From Octopus sinensis (Eukaryota), in contig NC_043007.1 of assembly GCF_006345805.1 (NCBI RefSeq), forward strand, positions 67,270,001-67,334,000: DNA of 64,000 nt, given 5' to 3'. A program made the position numbers and the translations under genes. This document shows positions 1 to 12,941 of the stretch, in pieces. Numbering within the stretch: the stretch's first letter is position 1; every line of letters begins with the position of its first letter. The notes beneath the pieces are model-generated. The model searched no databases. It worked only from the letters and a program-made list of their open reading frames with translations, and was not told the DNA's origin.

Positions 1-924
1 TTCCACCATGTTTCTGGATTAACTTGATTCTAATAAGTCAGCCAGAGAGCTGAATGTAAGAAAACAAAGGAAATGCTCTTAAATTCCATCACATTTCTAA
101 GAATCGACAATATCTATTACATCTATAGCAATCAAGAAATGAAAAATATGACCTTAAGGTAAATGTACAGATACATGTACAACTTTAAACATATATATGT
201 AGACATATATATATATAGGTATATATATCATCATAAAAGTATATATATATATCATCATTTAACACTTCTGTCTTCCCTTTTCTTTTATCGCAGACCTGAA
301 GAACAACTTCATCGTCATAAACTGTTATCTGCTTTCCTCTACTAGACACACACACACATACATAGACACAAAAAAAAATTTTTTTATCTTTTTACTTGCT
401 TCACTCATACTGGGGCATCACTGCCTTGAAGGATTTTAGTGAAACAAATTGATTCCATGGTCTTTTACACCAAACTGATAAGTTATGAAGATATAAACAA
501 ACCAACATTGGTTATCAAGTAATGGTGAAGAACAAACACAAATACAAAGACACACACACACATAAACAATGGGATTTTTTCAGTTTCCACCTACCAAATC
601 CCACGACAAGAATTTGGTCAGCCCAGAACTTATAATCTAAGCTTTTTGCCCATAGTGCCATGCAGTTGAACTGAATGCAGAACAACATGATTGAGAAGCA
701 AACTTCTTACTACACAACTACACCTGCACCTATATATATATAAAGTTAATCCAAACATGAAAACACACAACGCGAGGACATGGAACAAGTATAGTATTAT
801 TGGACACTCAGGAAAGAGGGTTTAACGTTTCAAGCAGAGCTCTTCGTCAGAAACATAGGAAAAGGAAAGATCCAAAGAAGGGAAGATGGAGGAAAAAAAA
901 TCGACAATGGTACACATGCTATAT

Positions 925-1440
925 ATCATCATCATCGTCATCATCGTTTAACGTCTGTTCTCCATGCTAGCATGGGTTGGACGGTTCGACCAGGGATCTG
1001 GGAAGCCAGAAGGCTGCACCAGGCTCCGGTCTTATCTGGCAATGTTTCTACAGCTTGATGCCCTTCCTAACGCCAACCACTCTGTGAGTGTAGTGGGTGC
1101 TTTTTACGTGCCACCTAAAGTTCGAAGGTCGTGCTTCACCACCTCGTCCCAAGTTTTCCTGGGTCTACCTCTTCCACGGGTTCCCTCCACTGCTAGGGAT
1201 TGGCACTTTTTCACACACCTATCTTCATCCATTCTCGCCACATGACCATACCAGCGCAATCGTCTCTCTTGCACACCACAACTGATGCTCCTTAGGTCCA
1301 ACATTTCTCTCAGGGTACTAACGCTCTGTCGAGCATGCACACTGACATTACACATCCATCGGAGCATACTGGCTTCATTTCTCGCGAGCTTACGCATGTC
1401 CTCAGCAGTCACGGCCCATGTTTCACTGCCATGTAGCATG
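925..1440 (-). mobile_element. RTE-clade LINE 3' fragment (ORF2 C-terminus, 3' UTR and (GAT)n tail)
   Basis: MLHGSETW...RRLRWYGHVARM...RGRGRPRKTW followed by a 3' UTR that recurs many times in the window. Confidence 0.85.
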
Positions 1441-1445
1441 GCTGT

Positions 1446-1473
<28 letters not shown>

Positions 1474-1477
<4 letters not shown>

Positions 1478-2352
1478 GTCTGATCAATAAGTATCTGGAC
1501 TGTTGCCAAAGTAATGAAGCTAAAGTACGCAGAGTGAAGCTGCTTGGCACAGATTGATCTTGAACTCTGCTGTGTATGCACACTAAGTTTTAACATTCTA
1601 GCTCACTTCCATTGTTTACATCAGTGTTTGAAAGGAAGGTATGAAGCATGTGATTGTCACACTGACCATGATAGAGAAAATTTATCAGAGAATCTGTATC
1701 AAATTTTGCCAAAAGCTTGGCAATACCTGCTCAGAGGCCTACGCAGTTTTCAAAAAGTTTTCATCATTCTTGACACAATCAAGATCTTGTGCAACAGAAA
1801 CCCAAGTGTTTTTTTGGTCAGCTGAAAGCAGTTTTTGCACAAACTTGGCAGACATGTGTCTCATACCCAAATCTTTAGTGATAATGGACTGAACTGAACC
1901 GTAACTAATCTGCACATCCTCTGAAAACTCATGGATGGTGATTTCACAATTTCCCCTCACAGCTGCATGTACATCTGCAATGTTTATCTCAGTTCTGCTG
2001 GTTGCGGGTCTCCCAGAATGTTTGTCAATATCGACATTTTTCTGCCATCTTCGAAACATCTGAACCAGTAGTACACTCAGGTGCGACACATACACTCCTC
2101 TCCATACACTTTCTGCAACTTTGCATAGGCCTCTGAGCAGGTATTGCTATGACAACTTTCTCTGTCATGGTCACTCTGCTGATCACACACAACACACACT
2201 TCTGCTGTAAACAGCAGAAGTGAGCTAGAACATTAAAACTTAGTGCACATGCACAGCAGAGTTCAAGGTCAATCTTTGCCAAGCGGCTTCACTCTATGTG
2301 CTTTAGCTTTGTTACTATGGCAACAGTCTGGATACTTATTAATCAGACCTTG
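1474..2352. mobile_element. Non-autonomous mariner derivative made of two head-to-head 5' ends
   Basis: TIRs gtctgatcaataagtatctggact / agtctggatacttattaatcagac in a TA context; transposase N-terminus on + (QRICIKFCQKLG) and on - (HSGRPATS...LGMRHMSAKFVQKLL). Confidence 0.85.
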
Positions 2353-2419
2353 TATATATAAACACACATACACTTGCACACACCACACATATGTACACTT
2401 CGGTTTGGAGCTGGCATCA

Positions 2420-2830
2420 TAAACTGACAAAAGAAAGAACTGATGAACATGGATACAAAGACAAGGAAAATATTGATAGTGCATGGAGCATTCCATCCCA
2501 ACAGTGACACTAACAGGTTGTACTTGTCCAGAAGAAAGGGTGGGAGAGGTTTGACCAGTTGCCAGGATTGTGTAGAAACAGAGAGAAACAGCTTAAAATG
2601 GTATGTAAAAAAATGCCGTGGAACCATTGCTGAAGTATGTGCATAAGTCCAGCATCATCAAATCTGATAGTTGTGTAAAGAAAGAAAAACTTAAAAAGAT
2701 GAACTCAAAAATAGAAACGGCATGGAAGGAAAACAAAGTACGATCAGTTTGCAAGAGATACAAATGCAAAGACAGATACTGAAGAACTTATACGCATGGC
2801 ACAAGAACAAGCATTAAGGACGAACTATGC
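2420..2830 (+). mobile_element. R4/Dong-like (RLE-type) non-LTR retrotransposon fragment
   Basis: DTKTRKIL..HGAFHPNSDTNRLYLSRRKGGRGL motif typical of the region after the RT domain in this clade. Confidence 0.7.
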
Positions 2831-2944
2831 AATCCTGAAGAACTGCCTGAAACATCCAAAAACTCTAGTCTATACAGCATATTGACTTCATTTTGAAATG
2901 GCATTTAAAAGTATATAAAAACAAAAGTGTAACAAAATAAAAAA

Positions 2945-3170
2945 ATACTATACACCTATTTCTTTACTACCCACAAGGGGCTAAACAAGACAGACAAACG
3001 GATTAAGTCGATTACATCGACCCCAGTGCGTTACTGGTACTTATTTAATTGACCCCGAAAGGATGAAAAGCAAAGTCGACCTCAAGGGAATTTGGACTCA
3101 CAACGTAACGACAGACGAAATACCGCTAAGCATTTCGCCTGTTGTGCTAAAGTGTCTGCCAGCTCGACAC
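2945..3170 (-). mobile_element. SINE, family B (most abundant short repeat in the window)
   Basis: Shared core gtcgactttgcctttcatcctttcggggtcgat..aagtaccag, present in more than 25 copies. Confidence 0.75.
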
Positions 3171-6100
3171 CTTTTGAATGTGTATGGTAGTTCTGAATCA
3201 CCATGCACACACACACATCTATATAATAATTGCAGACCAAGCTGTCTCATGAAGTTTCCTCTGGAACTGGTTGGTTAGGAGTTAGGTGTTCACTGCACAA
3301 ATACTGTTATCTCGTTTCCTCTACTGATGAGTGGGGTCAGTAGATGAAAAGCAGAAGCTCATCATATGCAGATTATGTGTGTGTGTGGTGGGGGAGTATG
3401 TATATGACTGAGTGTGTATTTTCCCTTGTTTTGATATGCTTGCTGATCATAAACAAAAAGCCTCGTTATTCATATAAATGGTGTCATTTGTTTTCAATCT
3501 TTTGTGAAAGCATTCCAAGCTGTTTGTTGTTTGACAGACTAGGGAAATTATTACCTTACTGGGAAACAGGTGAGTGTTGGTATGAGAAAGTGCAGCAACC
3601 TTGGAAGAATTCTACCTCAATGGAGTTTCACCCAACCCATGCAAGCATGGAAAAATAGATGTTAAAACAATGATGCACACACACATAACTATAAATCCTG
3701 AGAAATTGCAGCTAATCTCATTTTACCCTTTAGTTCCTGTCTTGTTCTAATTTTCCCTCCATCAGTTTTGCCCACACTCTCTTCATCTCTCTCCCCACTT
3801 CCTTCCCCCTTTTCTCCCTCTCTCACAAAGTTTCTCACACTACATCCTATTTATGCATGTACTCTTGTGCGGTTTTACAGTCCCCAAACACTCACTACCA
3901 GTGATATACATAGAGGATGTAGAACACTACCCTCTTCCCTTTTCTTTTATCTCAGACTGGAAGAACAACTTTGCCCAAAACATCAGTAACTCTATTCTCC
4001 ATGGTATATTAGCAAAGTCTTAAAATTTGTACTGTTACTTTTCCCAATATATATGGAGTTATTTCAGCAACAAATCCAAAGGAAACAGTTTCAAAGGCTG
4101 ATTTATTTCTTCAGCATTCTGCTAGTTATATCGACTTGATTTTGGGGCCATTGAGACGTTTAATACTCATCTTCTATGTTCAATGTTCACAGTAACACCA
4201 TGTGTGGTTTAGTTTAAACTGTAATTAACCAAGAGAGGTTCTAAGACTACTATGTTGAAAGATAAATTGTATATGCCTAGTTGGTATTTGTAGACTATTA
4301 TTTGGAAACCCGTCAAGCCGAATGAAATCATAGTCATAGCCGATGTCAGTGTCGCATACTTGGCACATAAAAAGCACCCTTCAAACTTTGGGCCTCATGG
4401 GGGCAGTGACAAGTGATCGAGACCTTTGGCAATATATTGTGCTTTAGAAGACTTCTCAAGCCAAGTGAGATTGTAGTCATAGCCAATGTCAGTGTTACAT
4501 AACTAGCACCTGTGTCTGTGGCATGTAAAAAGCACCTGCTACACTCTTGGAGTGGTTGGCATTAGGAATCATGTAGAAATCATGCCAAATCAGATTGGAA
4601 CCTTGTGCAACTCCCCAGTTTACCAGTTTTCAGTCAAACTCTCCAACCCATGCCACCATGGAAAACGGACGTTAAATGATGATGATGGTATGTATGTGTT
4701 TGTGTGTGTGTGTATGATGGCTGTTCACATGTGACTGAGGAAGACCATAACTGAACACTGCCCATGCAAAACGCTAGCAACACCTATACATGAGGTTATT
4801 ATACACAGCAGTCAGCTTCACCCAGGTCTGCACCTGTGGATTCCATGCATGCTCACTGCAAAGCCTGCCTACTTTGACCAGGCATCGTGTAGTTGTCTCA
4901 CCAATGATTGCACAACCTAAAATTTTAGGTCCAATAAAGCTTGCACAGCACCACACAAACCCTTGCCACCCTACTGACATGATCCAGAGACAAACTAGGG
5001 TAAGATATCCAATGCCAATATGGATTACAGGCTGAAGAAAGTGGGAGCACCATGATCTTAAGTGCAAGTAAAAGTTCCCCAAAATGTTCAATGCCATTTC
5101 CCTGCATATCTGGTTTTATATTAGAGTGACCATCTCCTAGAGACATGCTTTAATAAAAGTTACGGGATGCCTTACACCCAGTGGTCTTCCAGCAAGCCAG
5201 ACACCAACCTGATCTCTTTGAGAGCCCATGCTAGTGCTAGATATTTGTTGAACCTATACTAGGTTCATTGGTCTTGCTTTTAACCCTGCTGGGTTTCCAG
5301 CAACCCTCTTTACCAAGCAAGTCTAGCTGAGGTGCCAGTTTAGTCGCTGACAACCCAACTATGCCACAGGTTGTACTGGATTCCATATTAACAGCAGCAC
5401 TCATGAGACCTCACAAGTGGCATGACAAAGATGACGATGTATGATTATCATCATCTTTGTCTTAATGTTCCTTTTTCAAGCTTGCATGGCTCAAATAGAA
5501 TATGTTGAGGCAGGTTTCCTATAGTTAGTTGCCCTTCCTATCACCAAAAGTCACCTGTTTCCAAGCAAAATATCATTCTCCTCATCTCCAGATATGTCTT
5601 TCCATGAAAGATTGGAAACAAATAACATCACTTGTATAACCCTGACTCTTGTTTACAATCACATGACATCAAGGCAGGGATACACACGCACATACACGAA
5701 GGACTTCTTTCAGGGATGATGAAAAATTAAGAAATGATTTTCAGTTATTTAATCCTGTATTTTTTCACGATATATCCCATTGAGTACACATCAGTAGTAC
5801 ATTGCATTCGACACTGGACTACTTATAAATATAGTGGAAAACAATTTCATTTCTCACATTTCAAGTGAAATGCACTAGTGTTCTATTAAATGAGTATGCC
5901 TTCATTAAGTACAATTCTGCATTACTTATGGTTACTTTCCAGTCCATGCAATGCCAAGCATTCTGCTAGTATATATTTATGCTAACATAGCCACTACTAC
6001 CACCATGCTTACACGAGTTAGATGAAATTGTGTTGAGACAGCTTTTCCAACAGTCAGATAATAAATTGCTATAAATGTACTGGAAAACAACTTCATTTCT

Positions 6101-6859
6101 GACATGGAAGATAACTTTTTGAAGAGAAATTCAACCATGTTCTTTAAACTGGACATGCTTTCATTAGGAAAAATTTATAGCTGCTTTTCATCCCAAATAG
6201 TACTAGGTATTCTGCCAGCACACACACACACGCGATTATATATACATGCACACACACACTAAAGCCTTTTTGTTACCATATTTCTGATGATATGGACTGC
6301 ATTTGTTTCAAATAATTTTGAAAATAACAAAGAATTTTGTAAAATAATTTTGTCATTAGTATGATGCTGTTTGGAGCAGCATATGTCAACATGAAATTTT
6401 GATGGAAAGTTTTAATTCAGATCACTTTAAAAACAAAAAATTATGTTTCTAGCAACACAAAGAAATGCTTTAACTGGTTAAGGATGAAATTACCAGTTTA
6501 TCAAATCAATAGTGAATCAGAGCACCCACACCCACCCGCATTATTGATGGATTTCACTTCCTGTTCAATGGAGCCTGAAAGTCTACCTCAGATTTCAATT
6601 TGTTCAGCAATTTCCCCCAACTCATTCACTATTTTTGCTAATAGTGGTGTAGTTGCTGTACAAGAATACTTGAACTTAAAATCCTCTATAACTTAAGTTT
6701 AAGCTCATCAAGATTATTAGAGATGGCTTTCATGCAAAATGTTTAAACAGTTTTAAACCAAAGGAAGAGCTTCTTTGTGTCAATCAATCTGTAAGAAATA
6801 GAAGCCAAATATCCCTCAAATCACACCTACTCTAAAAAACAGTTTTAAATCCATTACTT

Positions 6860-7237
6860 TTTTACTCTTTTACTTGTTTCAGTCATTTGACTGCGGCCAT
6901 GCTGGAGCACCACCTTTAGTCGAGTAAATCAACTCCAGGACTTATTCTTTGGAAGCCTAATACTTATTCTATCAGTCTCTTATGCTGAATCGCTAAGTTA
7001 CGGGAACGTATACACACCAGCATCAGTTGTCAAGCGATGTTGGGGGGACAAACACAGACATATACATATATACGATGGGCTTCTTTTCAGTTTCCGTCTA
7101 CCAAATCCACTCTAACGCTTTGGTTGGCTCGAGGCCATAGTAGAAGACACTTGCCCAAGGTGTCATGCAGTGGGACTGAACCCGGAACCATATGGTTGGC
7201 AAGCAAGCTACTTATCAAACAGCCACTCTTGCGCCAT
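6860..7237 (-). mobile_element. tRNA-derived SINE, family A (other copies about 385-725, 10175-10410, 10730-10895, 37770-38115, 38320-38550, 42170-42365, 43390-44172, 57410-57565, 58693-59090)
   Basis: Pol III A/B-box-like head (gtggctgtgtgg...ggttcagtccc), central (CA/TA)n and aaaagagtaaaaga tail; high similarity between copies. Confidence 0.8.
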
Positions 7238-8469
7238 TAGCTGAATAAAAGTTAGAATGATCATAGCTGGAACCCCTGCTCCATCAAGTTTAACTTGAAA
7301 CATAACAATGAAACGCTAGTACAGATTCAGATAAGACGAAACAGGTTATTATGATATACGTTTGACCCAGTCAACAGAAAATTAGTGACTACTAAACATA
7401 ATTTTAGGGGCATCTTATAAAGCCACCTCTACTTTATACACCCTTGCTCATATTTATAAGGAAGCAGTTTGACAGAATAGTTAGAGCATCAGATAGAATG
7501 CTTTGGGGCTCTCTGCACTCTGAGTTCAAATCCTGTCACGGTCGATTTTGCTTTACAGCCATTTGGGGGTTGATAATGAAGTGCCAATACTACAATTCTT
7601 TCTGGAAGAAAACACATTTGGCCAGACTCAGAGAGAGCGTAAGCACATTATCTCGATACACACACACACATGTATGTATTCATGCATGCAATGAAATGCA
7701 GATACCTCCTTAAATCCAAAGGCTTTTCCGGTCCAGTGCTTAGTTCTGGTTTTAAGGTACAAAAAAGGGGAGAGAGAGAGACCCCACTGAATAACGCTAA
7801 TCTATTGCAGGGAACATTCCTAAATAATTTGGTATCTCTCTGTAGCAACATGTCAATAAAGAGAGAAGCTGAAAGTTGTTTGTCCATACATAGTAGGGAA
7901 CACCTTTTTTTTTGAAAATTGAAGTGGAACATGGGACTGGAGTAAACCCTTCAAAGTGGTATCCCAACATGGCTACAATGCAATGACTAAGACTAATAAA
8001 AGAATAAAAGCTTTAATACTATACATTCTAAACACAAGGCGTGTGTCTCCCCCCCCCCCACCATCAAACAGTGTGTGTGCAATCTTATATATTTGAGAAA
8101 GTTTAGGGTACATATATCCGTTTTCTCTGCCCCCCCCCCCAACATCTTTCATTTGTATGCAGCTATCACTAGCTCTTCTGCTCTCACTACAGTACTGAAT
8201 CTATATGTTTTACTATTATAATTCCTCTTGCGGCTCTTTATTTGAAAACTTTCCCAATCCAAGCCTTTCTCATTCCTTTCTTCCACCCCACTCTACTTCC
8301 CTCTATTCCTGATTAATGTAGAACTGTTGCTAATAATGCTGCTATGCACATCAGAAATTAATGTACCAATTGATTTCAACTTAAGCAGGAAATTATATTT
8401 TGTGAATGGGAGTTCCCATTTCAGTCACAAAGAAATATAGTCTTTTATGCTAAATTTGCTATAAATGCT

Positions 8470-9530
8470 GTTTCCATCACTAATGCTACAGAAAAAAGAG
8501 GGTTTGCTATATGCACACATTTTGACCTGGTTAACAATTAAGATACATTCCAATCAAACTGATTTCATCATATCTACAGATCTCCTCTGCATTATTAAAA
8601 CCCAGCCGATTCATGGTCCCTGTTGGAAACTCATTATGAATTCACTTTACATGGAAGACAATAACTGCACCAAATGGTTTCCATTTGTCACAGAGACCCA
8701 AACAAGTGAAGATGGTTATCCCTTTATCTCTTCTACAGATAAAAGAGCATCATAAGTTGGAAGCTTTGAAAATTTGGTCGGACAGCAGGAAATGAGCAAC
8801 AAATGGATAGCTCCCTACCATGTATTCCTGATCAAGGCATAAGGTACATGTCAATTTCGAATCCTGCAATTCAATCAGGTTAATCAAATATACCTGTAAA
8901 TATGTCATCAAGAGATCTGAAATTAGTGTTTGCTCTGACAGAGAAGTTACCAAATTCCAACAGGGACAATGTATCAGCAGTTATGAAGTTTTCAGGTGCT
9001 TTTTTTTGTCTTTACCATTCATAAAGATACTCTAGGATTCAACAAGTTCAATTCAAGATCTTCGAACTGTGAGAAAGTTTGTACAACCAATAGAGAGAGA
9101 TGTTTGAACTTGGATTGCTGTGAAGACTGATGTCCAGTGGAATTTAATGTAGAGAGATGCTTCATTGAAACCTTCAGGTGTCCAACCATGCAGACATCAG
9201 CTACAAAAAGGATCCTCAATACTGCTGCAGTGTAATTAAGATCAGGTGTGGTTATGCAAAAGCACAAGACTAATGATTAGAAAATTTATGCTATATGTCA
9301 TTGATATACTATTATTTTTAGCAGGTACACCAAGGGAGGAGATGCAATTATATCCAGAATTCCAGACATACCTACAAATGTACCCTTTCAATTTAGACAA
9401 ATTCAGTTTTCAGAACACCTAAGCTTTGCCCAGTTAATCAATAAATAACGAACTTTGACAGCTGTTGGACTGTATCATGAAGAGCACTGCTTTGCTAATT
9501 TTATGAAGACTGCTTATGTGTTTCACTCTA
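8470..9530 (+). mobile_element. Degenerate, internally deleted Helitron (Rep domain joined to the PIF1-helicase C-terminus)
   Basis: Rep motifs GLLYAHIL (HUH), HGPC, CTKWFP..TQTSEDGYP, NKWIAPY, HVNFESCNSIRLIKYTCKYVIK (Y2), KFQQGQCISS; helicase SLKPSG..KGSSILL..LCKSTRL, RIPDIPTNVPFQFRQIQF..LSFAQLINK; stops and frameshifts present. Confidence 0.8.
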
Positions 9531-10141
9531 TATAAAATTAGTGGTTAGTGATTTGAGGGTAAGAGCTGGATAGACTCAGGCTACCCAAAACAGTTTCGAG
9601 ATGGAAGAGACAGAAGCTTTAAAGATCCATTGAAGAATTTGAAATTCCGATAAGTTTGAGTTGAGACATTAAACAAAAAGGAAGAGGAGATAGAAACTTA
9701 TAACATAGACGACAACTGAGAGTTCCTTCGAGAAAACCTACCAAGGGCTATAGATCAAATTTGTAACTGGGGTAATGCCTCAACCAGATAGAAGGTGATT
9801 TAGTGGTGGAATACTACTGCTGATAACACCATAAAAGAGACAGCTTGGAAAGACCGAAAGTGGCAGCAGAGTACTATATCAAGTTACTAGAAGGGAAAAT
9901 AAGAGGTCTGTTAATGTTCTACAGTATGAGGTGTTTTACAATTCAAAGCAGAGTCAACCTTTGTTTTGAAGGATAATGACATACCTGCTCTTACATTAAA
10001 AACAGAGCAGCATGGAAAAGCCTAGCTGTGTAGACAGTTGAAAAGAATACTTTTAACATAAAAAAAAAATGATAGCATTGTAATTGTGGGTGGGCCCCCT
10101 TACAATCCTGGCAACCAATGCTTTTAGACCCAGTCCACCAC

Positions 10142-10173
<32 letters not shown>

Positions 10174-10405
10174 TTCTTTTTACTTGTTTCAGTCAATTGA
10201 CTGCAGCCATGCTGGAGCACGGCCTTGAAGGGTGTTAGTCAAAGAAATCAACCCCATGACTTATTCTTTGTAAGCCTAGTACTTGTTCTATTGGTTGGTT
10301 CAAAGCTATAGTAGAAGACACTTGCTCAAGGTGACACACAATGAGACTGAACAAGGAACCATGTGGTTGGGAAGCAAGCTTCATACCACACAGCCACACC
10401 TGCAC

Positions 10406-10438
<33 letters not shown>

Positions 10439-11087
10439 CATATATTTGATGAAGATAATTTTTCATAGTCCAAGAGACACAGTTCTGCAATTTCTTGTTG
10501 GACAACCTGCATAAATGATTTGTTTATAGTGATCAAATGTTTGTGCTGTACATTATTTGCTCACACCTTCCATCAAATCAATGTTGCCTGAACAGGTACA
10601 TAGTACACCACATGTCAGGTGTCAAAGTGATCACAGAGCAACATGAGGTGTTTGCTCAAGAACACAACAGACCGACTTGTTCAGGAATGGAAACCACAAT
10701 CTAACCACTAGGCCATGTGCCCTCCTCCCACACACATACATACATGATGGATTCCTGTATACCAAATCCACTTTCAAGGCTTTGGTCAGCCCAGACTATA
10801 CCAGAAGACATTTGCCCGAGGTGTCATGCAGTGGGGACTGAACTCAGAAGTATGTGGTTGGGGGAGCAAACTTCTTACCATACAACCACGCCTGTGTGTA
10901 TATGTGTGTACACACATTCAGGCCCCTATTAAATTTCTGTAGACGGTATTACTAACAAGCAGCTGAGAAATCAATAATCACCACTGCATGCGATTCTATT
11001 TGTAAAACAAACATCACCACAGATTACCTAAATACACTACCTTACAGAAAATAATCTCTTTAATACCGCTATGGTTTGTTATTATTA

Positions 11088-11520
11088 TAAGGATGTGATT
11101 AGTAGAAGTGTCAGAGAGCACTGCAGCATTTTAGTTCTGCTCCTTGATGTTCTGAGTTCATATCTCACCAAGGTCAACTTTGCGTTGCACCGTTTCAGGG
11201 ACGATAAAATGTAGCATCAGCTACGTACGCAAGTTGATAGAATCGACTGACCTCGACCCCTCAAAACTGCTGGCATTGTGCCTAAATTACAAAAAGTTTT
11301 TGCAGGCGATAGATTGGCAGAATTGTTAAAGCGTCATACGAACAAAATACATTGCAGTATTTAGTTACGTCTCTTAATGCCAGGAGTTCCAATCTTGCAG
11401 TGGTCAATTTTGCAGTTCGAGGTTGATAAAATGAAGTAGCAGTCAACTACTGGGATCAATGAATCAACTAATTCTCTCCCCTCAAAATTGATCTTGCATC
11501 GAAATTAGAAAATCATTAGA
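11088..11520 (+). mobile_element. Two tandem degenerate family B SINEs
   Basis: Two consecutive matches to the family B consensus. Confidence 0.6.
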
Positions 11521-12941
11521 CAGGAACTTCGAATAATATGACCTACTAGAAAGGATGGGCAGTGGCCCCTCACTCGCATATATAAAAATAAATGTTTATA
11601 TTTCTCTATTCATCTTTATTTAGATGAATAACTTGATGCTACATTCAAGTTATTATGAATGTATGTATATATATTCCTTATTCACAATCAATTTGTTAGA
11701 GACGATGATATATTCATCTTACAAAATTAACAACATAAAACAATTTTAATTTCTGGACAGTTTTCTTGGTGATGACTTCGCTTTTCTTTTAGCGGTTGCT
11801 TGTTTGGGTTTCACTCAACTAGAACTACTCTTGGAATGAGTTAAATACTCACTTGTGAAAAATATTGCGCTCTTCCTAAACTGATATAATCGTAACACAC
11901 TACCTTTACGTCTCTCATATTTTTGACATTTGTATGTAGCACGAGTGCAACCGAGTGTTGTGCGCATGCATATACAGGCACATACACAGCAACCTTACAT
12001 TTGTATTCTCACACACTGAAAGTGGGGTGGTAGTGGTGGTCAGTGTCTAATCGTGTAAGTCTCAATATAATCCCCACTCCTAAAGAAATTAACGTCATAC
12101 AATGAACAATGTTAATTTTTGCACGTTTTCAAAAATTCTGGCTCTCATCTTTGAGTGGATTAGATTTCAGGTGCAAAAAATGAGGGGGAAATAGATTTTT
12201 ACTTCCAATTTAACAAACAATTGGACAAAATGTTGAGTTACGAAAGTGATAAGAGAAAAATAAAAACAGCGGATGGATCCTAACAGCAACTCCTTATCTT
12301 GACCATAACTGTTCTACAGGAACCCTTCTCTCTTAGTGCTAACAGAGTTAAGAGCTGGGGTAATAACAAATATTAAGTGCCGAAGCCACATGCAAACAAA
12401 TGGAAAATTGCGTAATATTTGCAAATCTTTCAAAAATAACTTATTTCCCAGACAGTAGCCCTTTCCCATAAAGGAGTGTATTACTTATTTATTGATTAAT
12501 CTTTTCTCGATTCCTTGTCACTGTACGAGGAAATAAATGTAAACTCGGAACTTAAATGGGACACCAATTTAAATCTTGTTCGTCCTGTTGTTTTAACTAA
12601 CGTCAGCATAGTTTGAGCAAACGTATGATTAAAGGCATATCAGCCGTGACCATCCTGTAAGGACTATGTAACACCAACTACATTAACGTATTCTTTTCAT
12701 ATTAAAGACAGTAGGGTATTTTGAGGGAAATTTGGTTGCTCTTTCTCGCAGATCGAATGACCACGTAGAAGTTCTCCCGTTGGCTCTATATTGTAAATCG
12801 TGTATGCAATCCAACCCCACCATGTCAAAGCCATAGACCTTACAATTAAATACAGATATGGAATGATAACGAGTAATAGAGATGTTTTTGATGAAGCCAA
12901 GAGAAAGAAAGCTTGTGAATACTATCGATGATTAAACTTAC

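Noticed and set aside
11750-11815. Lys-rich peptide VKPKQATAKRKAKSSPRKLSRN* that could join the ZNF839-like exon in frame, with an AATAAA downstream
   Set aside because: Would need a weak GAG acceptor with no pyrimidine tract, and lacks the expected zinc finger; unsupported without RNA data
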